This document shows, piece by piece, positions 38,610 through 48,300 of a stretch of DNA of 64,000 nucleotides. The position numbers were made by a program, and so were the translations under genes. This DNA comes from Bdellovibrionales bacterium RIFOXYD12_FULL_39_22 (GTDB lineage: Bacteria > Bdellovibrionota > Bacteriovoracia > Bacteriovoracales > Bacteriovoracaceae): the NCBI GenBank assembly GCA_001770205.1, contig MEQL01000035.1, forward strand, positions 1-64,000, read 5' to 3'. A model generated the notes under the pieces. It saw only the letters and a list, made by a program, of their open reading frames with translations. It did no database searches and had not been told where the DNA came from. The stretch's first letter is position 1, and each line of letters starts with the position of its first letter.

Positions 38610-41519
38610 ATGGAAAAAATAGTTGGCCTTGGCAAATGGGCCGTTATTGATATTGAAACGACCGGAATTAGTTCGTTAGAAGATTCCATTATTGACATAG
38701 GTTTTTTAGAGTTTGAGGGTACCAAGTTGGCCAGGAAGTTTAATTCGCTGGTGCAATATGATGGAGAACTCTCATATTTTATCCAAAAATTAACTGGGAT
38801 TAAAAAAAAGATGTTGCGCCAAGCGCCGACGCTTAAATCATTACTTCCAGATATTGAAGAATTGTTCGGATATAATTTAGTTGCGCACAATGCTGATTTT
38901 GAGCGCAGTTTTTTGCGGCCATTTTTTGATAAAATTGACGATGGATCTACTCGCGAACAATTTCAAGATAGCTTATATTTTTTAGCACTACTTTTTCCAG
39001 AGAAGAGTTCGCTGAATTTAGAGAGTTTTATTATTGATTTTAATATTGCCGAGAAAGAGCAGCATCGTGCATATAGCGACGCAATTGATCTTTTGAAAGT
39101 AATGTTGACGGCCGTTGGGGTTGTGATGAAACGGCCCGTGCAATATGCCACCTTGAGAAGTCAGTTTATTGCCTATGGCCTTGCGCAGGAATGGTTTTTT
39201 TCTTTTTTGACAATGGGAGAGGATGCTCTTTACCAAATTGCCGACGCAATTGATTATAATTTGACAGAAAGTGTTGAACATTTTTTAGAAAAAGAGCGAA
39301 ATTTGCAAAATTCAAAGAATGTTCACTTGGCCACTGGTAGTGTTGATAAGGCCTTTAGCGGAGAGAATATCAAAAAAATTCTACAAGACAGTGATAATAT
39401 TTCCCAGACTTTGCCAGGATATAAGTTTCGCCAGGCGCAAGTAGATTTTGCTTTAAGAGTTGGGCAATCCTTTAAAAATAAAGTGCATGCGATCATTCAG
39501 GCCCCCACTGGTACTGGAAAGACATTGGGGTATTTATTGCCGGCCATGCTTTTTTCTAAGTCAGAAAAAAAACAGGTGCTAGTTGTCACTGGGACAAAAA
39601 CCCTGCAGCGTCAGGCGCAAACCAAAGATGTTCCGGCCGCTTTGGATATCTTGCAAATAAAAGAGAGAGAGTTTAGAAGTTCTTTTTTGATTGGTGCCAG
39701 CAACCATCTTTGTGAATTGGCATTTCGCCAACAGCAAAATGATGGCGATATGTTAAAGGCCACTCGTCCCTTCGAGGAGAGATTCACTGATCTTTATTTT
39801 GAGATGGTTTTTTTCTATAATCAACATGCGGGAGATGATAATTTTATAGCTGTCGATGATCTGCCTTACTTGTTTAAGAAAAAAATATTGCCTTTTAAAA
39901 AGCGGACAGATGAGTTAGCGGTAGATTATCGTACTTGCGCAGGAAAAAACTGTGTTTATCGACAGGCGTGCTCGTATTTAAATGGATTGATAAATGCACA
40001 AGATGCGGATTTAATTATTAGTAATCATGCGATGATGTTTTCTTGGCCCAAATCGTTACCAATGCCAGAGTATGTTGTTGTGGATGAGGCGCATAAATTA
40101 GAAAAAGAAACCACCAGCGCTTTTATGATTGATGTAACCTCTGAAAAGTTTCATCAACTTTTAGAATCCATAACGCATAATTATGGAATTGGTTCGCTTT
40201 ATTACTTGATTGCAAACAGCAAAGAATTTCAAGATGATGCCACGGCCATAATTGAGAAAATAAGAAATTCACTGGCCGATTTGGCCCCGATGATCAAAGG
40301 GGGAGTTGAAGAATTAACGGAGTCTGTAGAATTATATTTTAAGAAATTACCAAAATATACAGAGCTATATTGGAATGAAGTACCAATGTTTACCAAGGAG
40401 AGTTCCAACGATAATTTATCAGTTGCCATTTTGGGACAACTTGATCGGCTGCAATCATACTTAAAAGGAGTGGAGTTTATTTTCTCTCCTTACAGCAGTC
40501 AGTTCCAATTTGAGAATTTTGATAGTGATGAAAAAAAAATGGCCTATGCCAAGTTTGAAGTTTTTATAGAACAGGTACATGATTTAATGGTGGGCCTAGA
40601 GCATGGACTTAATGCCAAAGAGGGATATTGCAACAGTTTAAAGTATCACCAAGAATTTGGTGTAGCGCTAGAGAGTGCTCCTATCAACGTGGGGAAAATT
40701 ATCAGTGAGCAAGTGTTAGCGCGTTCTGCTGCGGCCGTTTTTACCTCGGCAACCCTCGGAAATGTTGATGGTACTAGCGGAGGAAAGGGAATTGAATGGG
40801 CCACTGGTTATCTTTATGCAGATCCGGCCAAGAGATTTAAAACTGGACTTTTTTTGCCTCCTGTTTTTGACTATAAAAACCGGACAAAGATTTTCTTATG
40901 CGACGATGTTCCATCTATTCACGATAATAGTTTCGTCTCCAAGACTTTAAAAGAGGCCATTGAGATTATCAATGCGTTGGAAGGAAGGTCGTTAATTCTT
41001 TTTTCTTCGAAGGCACGTTTTGAAGTGGCGCGTGAAATTTTAATTGGAGAGTTTGAGGGCAAGATTCCTATTTTTATTCAGGGAATGGGCAATAACGTCG
41101 TAGATGATTTTAAAAAGGCACCTATGGGGGTTTTGCTGGGAATGGAAGTATTTGGAGAAGGGATTGATATTCCTGGGATGGCATTGCAGTTTGTTTTTGT
41201 CGATAAGATTCCCGATCTGCGTATGGATCATGTGATCAATGTGCGGAGAGAATTTTATGAGCGCGAAATTGGCAATGAATTTGTTGATTACTATTTAAGT
41301 GGGCGTACTCGATCGCTACAACAAAAACTTGGACGACTTTTGCGAACGGAGAGTGATTTAGGGGCGGCCATGATTGTAGATTCTCGTGCCAAAAACTGGA
41401 AAGGTCGAACTATGGAGCAATTTATCTCCTTGATGCGTCCATACCATATTCAAAGAAAAAATATAAAAGATGCCAAGGTTGAGATTATAGAATTTATTAC
41501 AAAGATCAATCAGGCCTGA
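38610..41519 (+). CDS. dinG: DEDDh exonuclease-DinG helicase fusion
   Basis: DIETTG, HNADFE, HRAYSDA; APTGTGKT, DEAH, TSATL, EGIDIPG, QKLGRLLR; four Fe-S-type Cys. Confidence 0.9.
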   Translation: MEKIVGLGKWAVIDIETTGISSLEDSIIDIGFLEFEGTKLARKFNSLVQYDGELSYFIQKLTGIKKKMLRQAPTLKSLLPDIEELFGYNLVAHNADFERSFLRPFFDKIDDGSTREQFQDSLYFLALLFPEKSSLNLESFIIDFNIAEKEQHRAYSDAIDLLKVMLTAVGVVMKRPVQYATLRSQFIAYGLAQEWFFSFLTMGEDALYQIADAIDYNLTESVEHFLEKERNLQNSKNVHLATGSVDKAFSGENIKKILQDSDNISQTLPGYKFRQAQVDFALRVGQSFKNKVHAIIQAPTGTGKTLGYLLPAMLFSKSEKKQVLVVTGTKTLQRQAQTKDVPAALDILQIKEREFRSSFLIGASNHLCELAFRQQQNDGDMLKATRPFEERFTDLYFEMVFFYNQHAGDDNFIAVDDLPYLFKKKILPFKKRTDELAVDYRTCAGKNCVYRQACSYLNGLINAQDADLIISNHAMMFSWPKSLPMPEYVVVDEAHKLEKETTSAFMIDVTSEKFHQLLESITHNYGIGSLYYLIANSKEFQDDATAIIEKIRNSLADLAPMIKGGVEELTESVELYFKKLPKYTELYWNEVPMFTKESSNDNLSVAILGQLDRLQSYLKGVEFIFSPYSSQFQFENFDSDEKKMAYAKFEVFIEQVHDLMVGLEHGLNAKEGYCNSLKYHQEFGVALESAPINVGKIISEQVLARSAAAVFTSATLGNVDGTSGGKGIEWATGYLYADPAKRFKTGLFLPPVFDYKNRTKIFLCDDVPSIHDNSFVSKTLKEAIEIINALEGRSLILFSSKARFEVAREILIGEFEGKIPIFIQGMGNNVVDDFKKAPMGVLLGMEVFGEGIDIPGMALQFVFVDKIPDLRMDHVINVRREFYEREIGNEFVDYYLSGRTRSLQQKLGRLLRTESDLGAAMIVDSRAKNWKGRTMEQFISLMRPYHIQRKNIKDAKVEIIEFITKINQA

Positions 41520-42286
41520 GTATCGAGATGATTTAGATATTTGATCTTGATTTGATTCTCACTTTGGCCGGTAACTAGATATGGCATTGCCATGTGTTTG
41601 CTGAGAAAAATTTTTATTGATTCTTTTTCTTTTTTTTCTTTCTTGGATTTTTTTATTTTTCCATCGTCCATATCAAACTCATAAAATTTGTAGTAATCAC
41701 CGGTAAGACTTTTTCCATCAATTTCTATGTTTTCGGAGGCCGGCGCCAATTTTTCCAATGAAAATGTCTTAGAAATAATTGGGCCGCTATATTCCCATTG
41801 ATTTTTACTGATGAAGGAGACGTAGTCATTTTTGCTGGTGGCATCAAATTTTTTTGATAAAATAAATAAAAAGCTGGTGGCCGCGCACGGGGCGCCAATG
41901 TGAAAGCGCGGGGGAGTAGAAACTTCACAAACTTGATCGCGGCCTCGTTTGATGAAAGAATATTTTAACAGGTTAGTTTTATTATTGGCCTCAAATAGTT
42001 CGGTAACGCGTTCTCGTCCAAGTGCTTTGGTTATTTCTACTTTCCGTGGAATGTAATCTTTTCCAATAGTGTAGTCAGTTTTTATGGTAAAAAGCTCTCC
42101 AGTAGCAATACGAGTATGGAATTCTGATTTGAAAGTAAACGTAAGTTCCTTGTTGTCGCGGATGACGTCAAAAGATTCTTCTGCGTATATTTTTTCTCCG
42201 TTGTAGTAGTTGTATCCACCGCGATATATTTTATCAACGCTAGCGGTGAGAGTTAGTTCAATATTGTCATCATCTTTTTCGGCCAT
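41510..42286 (-). CDS. Hypothetical beta-rich protein
   Basis: 258-aa ORF filling the gap; no motif recognised. Confidence 0.75.
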   Translation of the reverse strand: MAEKDDDNIELTLTASVDKIYRGGYNYYNGEKIYAEESFDVIRDNKELTFTFKSEFHTRIATGELFTIKTDYTIGKDYIPRKVEITKALGRERVTELFEANNKTNLLKYSFIKRGRDQVCEVSTPPRFHIGAPCAATSFLFILSKKFDATSKNDYVSFISKNQWEYSGPIISKTFSLEKLAPASENIEIDGKSLTGDYYKFYEFDMDDGKIKKSKKEKKEKESIKIFLSKHMAMPYLVTGQSENQIKIKYLNHLDTQA

Positions 42287-42373
42287 ATAACATTTTAGCG
42301 TTGAATGCTTGAAAACTCAAATTGAACGGGGCATAATTGGCCAATAATATATTGCAATATGGGGGATTATAAA

Positions 42374-42859
42374 ATGGCCCAATGTTCTTGTGGTAAAAAT
42401 AGTTCATATGAAAAGTGTTGTTATCTCTACATTTCGGGAAAGCAGACGGCCCCTACTGCGGAAGCAACTATGCGCGCCAGATACTCGGCATTTGCTAATG
42501 GTGAATTAGATTATTTGAAGAAGACCTACAATCCAGAAAAGTTACATGAATACAATGAAGAAGAGATAAAGCGTTGGGCATTAGAATCTGCATGGAAAGG
42601 ATTGGAGATTGTTAACAGCGAAGGCGGCAGTGTTGCTGACGAAAATGGTCAAGTAGAATTTGTTGCGAAATATGAGGCCCGGGGGCAGGAATACTCGCAC
42701 CACGAATTGAGTACCTTTAAAAAAATTGATGGAAGTTGGTTTTTTATGGACGGTAAAATTTTTACAGAGTCTTATCGTCGTACTACTCCTAAAGTCGGCC
42801 GGAATGATCCCTGTTTTTGCGGCAGCGGTAAAAAACATAAGAAATGTTGCATGAAATAA
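42374..42859 (+). CDS. ychJ: YchJ / SEC-C motif protein
   Basis: [45 protein letters not shown]. Confidence 0.92.
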   Translation: MAQCSCGKNSSYEKCCYLYISGKQTAPTAEATMRARYSAFANGELDYLKKTYNPEKLHEYNEEEIKRWALESAWKGLEIVNSEGGSVADENGQVEFVAKYEARGQEYSHHELSTFKKIDGSWFFMDGKIFTESYRRTTPKVGRNDPCFCGSGKKHKKCCMK

Positions 42860-42876
42860 TGGTAGAGGAATTAATT

Positions 42877-43398
42877 ATGGATACAAAAGATAATTTTTCA
42901 CAACGCCTCATAGAGTTGGAGGATGTCGTTGATGATGGAGTTATTGAAAACCAGTTTTTAACTTTTAAAATTGGCGATGAGATTTACGGAGTGGGGATTG
43001 TTTTTGTTGTTGAAATAATAGAGATGATAAAAATTACTCCGATTCCCGAGATGCAGGAGTGCATAAAGGGAGTGATAAATTTAAGAGGTAAAGTTATTCC
43101 CATTATGGATATCCGTTTACGTTTTGCTATGGAAGAGCGTGCTTATGATTCACGGACCTGTATCATTGTTGTTAAAATTGAAGAGTTAGAGATTGGCCTT
43201 ATTGTTGACACGGTTTCTGAGGTGATTGATATCCCTGCTGATCATATTCAGCCACCACCACAAATCAATCGAAAAAGTGAGAAGAGATTTGTTATGGGAA
43301 TGGGACGGATTGCCGATAATGTGGCCATCTTATTGGATGTGCAGAAGATGTTGTTTGATGATGAACTTGAGAAACTAAAAGATGTTAACTCTCTTTAG
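42877..43398 (+). CDS. cheW: Chemotaxis coupling protein CheW
   Basis: QFLTF, IKGVINLRGKVIPIMD, GLIVDTVSEV. Confidence 0.95.
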   Translation: MDTKDNFSQRLIELEDVVDDGVIENQFLTFKIGDEIYGVGIVFVVEIIEMIKITPIPEMQECIKGVINLRGKVIPIMDIRLRFAMEERAYDSRTCIIVVKIEELEIGLIVDTVSEVIDIPADHIQPPPQINRKSEKRFVMGMGRIADNVAILLDVQKMLFDDELEKLKDVNSL

Positions 43399-43427
43399 AA
43401 GTTAGTCAATTATTTTTGCTATGATCT

Positions 43428-44288
43428 ATGTTGGATTGTTATGGAGTATTTATTTTTGATGCCATCTATACCATCACGGATGAAGAGTTCACCAAAATAA
43501 GAGATTTGATTTACTCTAAGGTTGGAATAAATTTAACTGAAATCAAAAAACAGCTTCTTGTTGTCCGCTTGCAAAAAATATTGCGCCGTTTGCAGATGTC
43601 CAATTTTTCAGAATACTATGATTATGTAATCGGGGATACAAGTGGGGAGGCCTTGAGTGAGTTAGTGACACTGATATCGACTAACTATACTTACTTTTAT
43701 CGAGAGGAAAAACATTTTGATTTTTTTAAAAATGTTTTGATGCCAGAATTGCAGAAAAAAATGCAGCGAGTTGGTGAGTCGCAAATTAGAGTTTGGTGTG
43801 CAGGATGTTCTACCGGGGAAGAGGCCTATCTTTTGGCCATTTTGATGAGAGAGTACTTCGGGCCTGAATATTCAAAATGGGATGCAGGAGTATTGGCCAC
43901 AGATATTTCGACCAGAGTCTTGGAGATTGCCCAGTCCGGAATATATGGAATGGAGTCTTTAAAAAAGTTGCCCAAATATATTAGTAATGCTTATTTTCGG
44001 ACGATTGATGAGGATCAAGTGACGGTGATTGATGCTGTAAAAAATGATGTACTTTTTAGACGTTATAATTTGATGAATGAAAATCCACCCTTTAAGAAAA
44101 AGTTTCATACAATTTTTTGCAGAAACGTCATGATTTATTTTGATTACGAAACTAAAAACAAATTAGTTGATAGATTTGCCACCCTACTAGTGTCTGGAGG
44201 GTATTTCTTCATTGGACATTCTGAAACGATTGGGAAAGAACATCCAGATTTAGAATATATTATGCCCGCCGTCTATAGGCGAAGGTAG
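43428..44288 (+). CDS. cheR: Chemotaxis methyltransferase CheR
   Basis: TNYTYFYRE, VWCAGCSTGEEAY, ATDIS, IFCRNVMIYF, IGHSE. Confidence 0.96.
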   Translation: MLDCYGVFIFDAIYTITDEEFTKIRDLIYSKVGINLTEIKKQLLVVRLQKILRRLQMSNFSEYYDYVIGDTSGEALSELVTLISTNYTYFYREEKHFDFFKNVLMPELQKKMQRVGESQIRVWCAGCSTGEEAYLLAILMREYFGPEYSKWDAGVLATDISTRVLEIAQSGIYGMESLKKLPKYISNAYFRTIDEDQVTVIDAVKNDVLFRRYNLMNENPPFKKKFHTIFCRNVMIYFDYETKNKLVDRFATLLVSGGYFFIGHSETIGKEHPDLEYIMPAVYRRR

Positions 44289-44392
44289 AAAAAATTAAAA
44301 CAGAGGAAAGAAGTGCCGGATGTATTTATGAAGGCCTTGGTAGAGATAGAATTAGTGATAGCATGGATTGTTGAATGGAGAAAGTGTATTAG

Positions 44393-44878
44393 ATGGCAAA
44401 ATTAATTGTAGGGGTTGGTGATTGTATTGCCTCTAAAGATCCGAGTGATGAGATTAAGACTTATGCGCTGGGCTCTTGTGTTGCTTTGATATTGTTAGAT
44501 CCGCAACTGCGGGCGGGGGCCATGGCCCATATCGCGTTACCAGAATCAAATATAAACTTGGCCAGAAGCAAGGAGCGGCCTGGTTATTTTGCAGATACTG
44601 CTATTCCATATCTCTTTAATCTGATGAGTCGTCTAGGCTCAATTCCCCATAAAAAGTATATCATTAAGCTAATTGGTGGTGCCAACGTAGTAAAAGATGA
44701 AGATCGTTTTGTCATTGGGGAAAGAAATATAACTGCTGTAAAAAAAATATTGTGGAATATGAATTACGCCATAACAGCAGAAGATGTGGGTAAAAATTTT
44801 AGTCGAACGGTAGCACTTGATATGAAAAATGGGAAAATAACAATTACCTCTTCTGATGGCAAGAGTTGGAGTATATAG
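44393..44878 (+). CDS. cheD: Chemoreceptor glutamine deamidase CheD
   Basis: TYALGSCVA, AHIALP, FADTAI, GGA, IGERN, EDVG. Confidence 0.93.
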   Translation: MAKLIVGVGDCIASKDPSDEIKTYALGSCVALILLDPQLRAGAMAHIALPESNINLARSKERPGYFADTAIPYLFNLMSRLGSIPHKKYIIKLIGGANVVKDEDRFVIGERNITAVKKILWNMNYAITAEDVGKNFSRTVALDMKNGKITITSSDGKSWSI

Positions 44879-44879
44879 T

Positions 44880-45296
44880 ATGTTTACTACCATGATTATA
44901 GATGATTCACTCACCTCTAGAATGTATATAAAAAAATGTCTCAGTATGTTACTTGATGGCGAGCTTAAATTTATAGAGGCCGAAAATGGAGAAGAGGCCT
45001 TGCGAAAAATGGAAGAGCAGGATATTGATTTGATAATTTCAGACGTTAGTATGCCAGTTATGACTGGCTTTACCTTTTTGCGCAATATTAAAAGCAATGC
45101 TAATTTTGAAGATGTTCCGGTTATCTTTGTTACTAGCTTGGCCAATGAAGGCCGCGCGGAGAACCTTATGGCATTGGGTGCTGCAGCGGTTATAAAAAAA
45201 CCAGTAGAACCATCTAGTTTGCGAGTTGTGCTTTCCAAATTATATGATTCGCAAGAAGGGAAAACAGATGATGGAAATGGCGGAGCATGGGAGTAG
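44880..45296 (+). CDS. CheY-like response regulator
   Basis: IIDDS, SDVSMP, VTS, KKP. Confidence 0.9.
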   Translation: MFTTMIIDDSLTSRMYIKKCLSMLLDGELKFIEAENGEEALRKMEEQDIDLIISDVSMPVMTGFTFLRNIKSNANFEDVPVIFVTSLANEGRAENLMALGAAAVIKKPVEPSSLRVVLSKLYDSQEGKTDDGNGGAWE

Positions 45297-45302
45297 AAAA
45301 AT

Positions 45303-45764
45303 ATGGTAGATAGCAAGACAATTTATGAAGCGGTGGATGAAGCAGTTATTTCTTCGTTAGCATCAATGGGATTTATAAATGCTAAGGCCGAAGAGGCCAA
45401 TTGGACGGAAATAAAAGAAGCGATGGCGTATAAGATAAAAGTATTAATGCCTTTTTTAGATGAAATTGTTGTCATTATGCCTAGATCATTGGCCTTAGAA
45501 ATAGTTGGAAATATTTTTGGAGATGCTTTTAATCCGGATAACACAAGTTTAGTTGCTGACGGCCTGGCGGAATATTTAAACGTAATGGCCGGAGCAGTAT
45601 TTCAAAAGGCAACACCTAAAATGTTATTTGAACTGGGAATTCCACAGGCCGTAACTTTAGATAAAATAAATCTGGCCGGACATGAAATGCAGACATACGT
45701 AACAACAAATAATCAAGTTATGTGCGTTGCACACAAATTAAAAAATTTTAAACCAAAAAATTAG
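45303..45764 (+). CDS. CheX/CheC-like phosphatase
   Basis: DGLAEYLNVMAG (ExxN), FELGIP; follows the CheY-like gene. Confidence 0.72.
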   Translation: MVDSKTIYEAVDEAVISSLASMGFINAKAEEANWTEIKEAMAYKIKVLMPFLDEIVVIMPRSLALEIVGNIFGDAFNPDNTSLVADGLAEYLNVMAGAVFQKATPKMLFELGIPQAVTLDKINLAGHEMQTYVTTNNQVMCVAHKLKNFKPKN

Positions 45765-45781
45765 TTTGTAGGGAGCTAAAA

Positions 45782-46018
45782 CTACTGTAAAATTTTTTTA
45801 AGTTTTGCAAATCGCTCTTCATATTTAGCATGAAATTTTTCAGCAATTTTATCTAGGCCGGCATTGCCTTGGCCTAAGAGTTCAATGTCTTCACTGCTTA
45901 ATATATCGGCAAAATTATGCTTGATCATATCAATCATTGAAGATTTAAATTCTGCTTCTGTTGCTGTCGGAATTGAAAAGAGAAACTTTTCTTTAATGGA
46001 TGCGTTTTCAAGATTCAT
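45782..46018 (-). CDS. Small hypothetical protein
   Basis: ATG at 46018 with GGAAGGGAG SD; 78 aa, helical. Confidence 0.6.
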   Translation of the reverse strand: MNLENASIKEKFLFSIPTATEAEFKSSMIDMIKHNFADILSSEDIELLGQGNAGLDKIAEKFHAKYEERFAKLKKILQ

Positions 46019-46331
46019 AGTGCTACTCCCTTCCATAGTAATAGTTATTCTGAAGTGTCGAACATATTGTTCAACGCTAGTATCATCAAAATGATAATAT
46101 CGCTCAACCATGATGTAAAACTTTTTGGCGCAAAAGGTCATGATGTTTGAAAATGTAAGAGTAGCTGAGTCAGTGCATTGGAATTGCAAATTGCCAACTT
46201 TTTAAGAGGGACATTGGATTGAGATATTACTAATTGGTCAGCTAACTGATTAAAATCACATAATCCTATAAAACCTGCAAAAACGTAGGCGATCTCGTAG
46301 TACTATTGCTCTATGTTTGCCCTTATAGGGC

Positions 46332-46358
46332 TAACAATTTTTTATAGTCTTCCGAAAT
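46332..46358 (+). promoter_or_regulatory. Putative sigma28 (FliA)-like promoter
   Basis: TAAC-N15-TCCGAAAT, 31 nt before the ATG at 46390. Confidence 0.45.
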
Positions 46359-46389
46359 GGTTAAGTAGCAAGAGGTAGAGGATTAGCAG

Positions 46390-48285
46390 ATGAAGATTTA
46401 TTTGGTTTTATTTTTTACGTATCTATTGGCCAGTGGCTGTATTTCACAACCCTCCGGCCGCCTTCTTGATACTGAAAAAGGGAGCGATGAAATCTCCACC
46501 AACAGTGGGGGCGGTAGCGTTAATGATGGACAGGGGGCCGCCAATAATGGGGAGACCGGAGGAGAAATTGCCCAAGATGAAGTGGAAGATCTTTACCCTA
46601 ATGGAAAGACTGAGCTGCGCCATTTTATTGATCCCTTCGATGGAACATATAAAACCAAAATAACTGTTCCCAAAAATTTCTCTGGTTTTATGTATATTTC
46701 CGGCCTGAATATTCAGTCGCTCTCTAGCAAAATTTTAGGTGTTCGCTTTAAATTTGGCCGTGATCTGGCGCCGATAGAAGTTAGTGGAGTGACAGTAGGA
46801 AGGGGAGAAGGGATCACACCTACCACAGATATTGAAGTGTTAATCTTGGATATGAATGATCGGCCATTTGAAAAGGTTCGCCTACTTTACGATCTTTATG
46901 ACTACAAAAGTTATTCTGCAGGAGAGGCGTCAACAACCGATCCGCGAGATGATAAACTTTACTGTCGAGGCCTGCGCAAACAGTATGATCCAACCTTTAT
47001 TGAAACAAATTGCTCAAGTTCAACTTCCAAGTGCCTCTACTCCTATGCCAAGATTTTAGATGCAGGATTGTATCGTACCGCCTCTTCGATTTTTTTATCT
47101 CCAACAGATCCGGAGGTTGATACTGTTGGATCTGGCTATAATTTGATGTCCTCCACTGATTTTTTAAAACGATGTTTGCCAGATAATATTATGTGGAGCA
47201 ACTTATATAAAGTTTTAGGGAGCAGCAGTTCCTTGGCGGGAGATATCACCTATGCTTCCGGACTGGGGGGGATTACCAGCGTTGGTGGTTATAACTATGG
47301 CAGTTACAGTTATCGTGGGCCATATCGGATGAATGCCCTTTCGGAGTGGGAAATTTTAGGTGATGCCATATATGGTACATTTGGTATTTTCAAAGCAAGA
47401 ATGGGGGGGGCGGCCCTTGCGGCCTGTAGTAGTAGCAGTGCTAATTGTGCTACTGGCGGATATCAATCTCGCCTGTTTCCGATGGTAGGGAAGATGAGTT
47501 TGTCTAGCAACGTTGAGCATTTTTCTTCCACAGAAGTGGATTCTACGGCCGGTGCTGGACGAGAGTTGACCTCACTAATTTCCGCGGGAGATACCGATTA
47601 TATGGATGGCTGTAATTTGCGGGTTAGTAATTTTGATGTAGATACTTTAGAGGGGATTTCGTCATGTAACGTAATTGCTACGGTGGAGGTTTACACCAAG
47701 GATGCTAAAAGCGGACAAGAGACGATATTGGCCAGTTCTGACCAGATAAAATTGCAATTAATCCGTCCGAGTCAAACAGATAGTGTTGGCCGAGAAGTTC
47801 TTTATTCGGCGCTTAAGAGTTGCTCTTCTAGCAATGCTTGTGGATCGGAGGAGTGTTGCTATAATAATCGTTGCTGGACCAAAGATTTGGTTTCTCAATG
47901 TTTAGAGGATACACACAGCGAAGGCAACTATGCTGTGGGCCAAAGTTGTACTTCTGATTATCAATGTGCAAGCTTGTGTTGTGATCAATCGCTGGGTACT
48001 TGTCGGCCACATATCGCAAATGTTGATGAACAGGTACTTTGCTCGAAATCACCTGGCCAGCAGTGCATTTCCAAAGAGTGGTGTAGGAAGGATAGTGTTT
48101 CAACTTGCAAGGTTTACATTACAGGAACATCTCCCACAACTGGCCAGACAACTTGTGCGCTTAGGTGCTATCCTGTGCCTACTTTTGGAGATTGTATTAA
48201 CGGAATCTGTGTCACTCCGGAAATCCCGGCCATTCCATCATATGATCCCAATGATTGTTCTAATGCTATTCCCTTGCCTAGATAA
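46390..48285 (+). CDS. Large lipoprotein with Cys-rich C-terminal modules
   Basis: Lipobox LASGC; 20 Cys in the last ~155 aa. Confidence 0.85.
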   Translation: MKIYLVLFFTYLLASGCISQPSGRLLDTEKGSDEISTNSGGGSVNDGQGAANNGETGGEIAQDEVEDLYPNGKTELRHFIDPFDGTYKTKITVPKNFSGFMYISGLNIQSLSSKILGVRFKFGRDLAPIEVSGVTVGRGEGITPTTDIEVLILDMNDRPFEKVRLLYDLYDYKSYSAGEASTTDPRDDKLYCRGLRKQYDPTFIETNCSSSTSKCLYSYAKILDAGLYRTASSIFLSPTDPEVDTVGSGYNLMSSTDFLKRCLPDNIMWSNLYKVLGSSSSLAGDITYASGLGGITSVGGYNYGSYSYRGPYRMNALSEWEILGDAIYGTFGIFKARMGGAALAACSSSSANCATGGYQSRLFPMVGKMSLSSNVEHFSSTEVDSTAGAGRELTSLISAGDTDYMDGCNLRVSNFDVDTLEGISSCNVIATVEVYTKDAKSGQETILASSDQIKLQLIRPSQTDSVGREVLYSALKSCSSSNACGSEECCYNNRCWTKDLVSQCLEDTHSEGNYAVGQSCTSDYQCASLCCDQSLGTCRPHIANVDEQVLCSKSPGQQCISKEWCRKDSVSTCKVYITGTSPTTGQTTCALRCYPVPTFGDCINGICVTPEIPAIPSYDPNDCSNAIPLPR

Positions 48286-48300
48286 AGTGGAGGATTTTTC

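Noticed and set aside
44289..44392. Possible cheB remnant between cheR and cheD
   Set aside because: The translations examined show no CheB motif
44669..45316. 215-aa minus-strand ORF
   Set aside because: Shadow of cheD and the cheY-like gene
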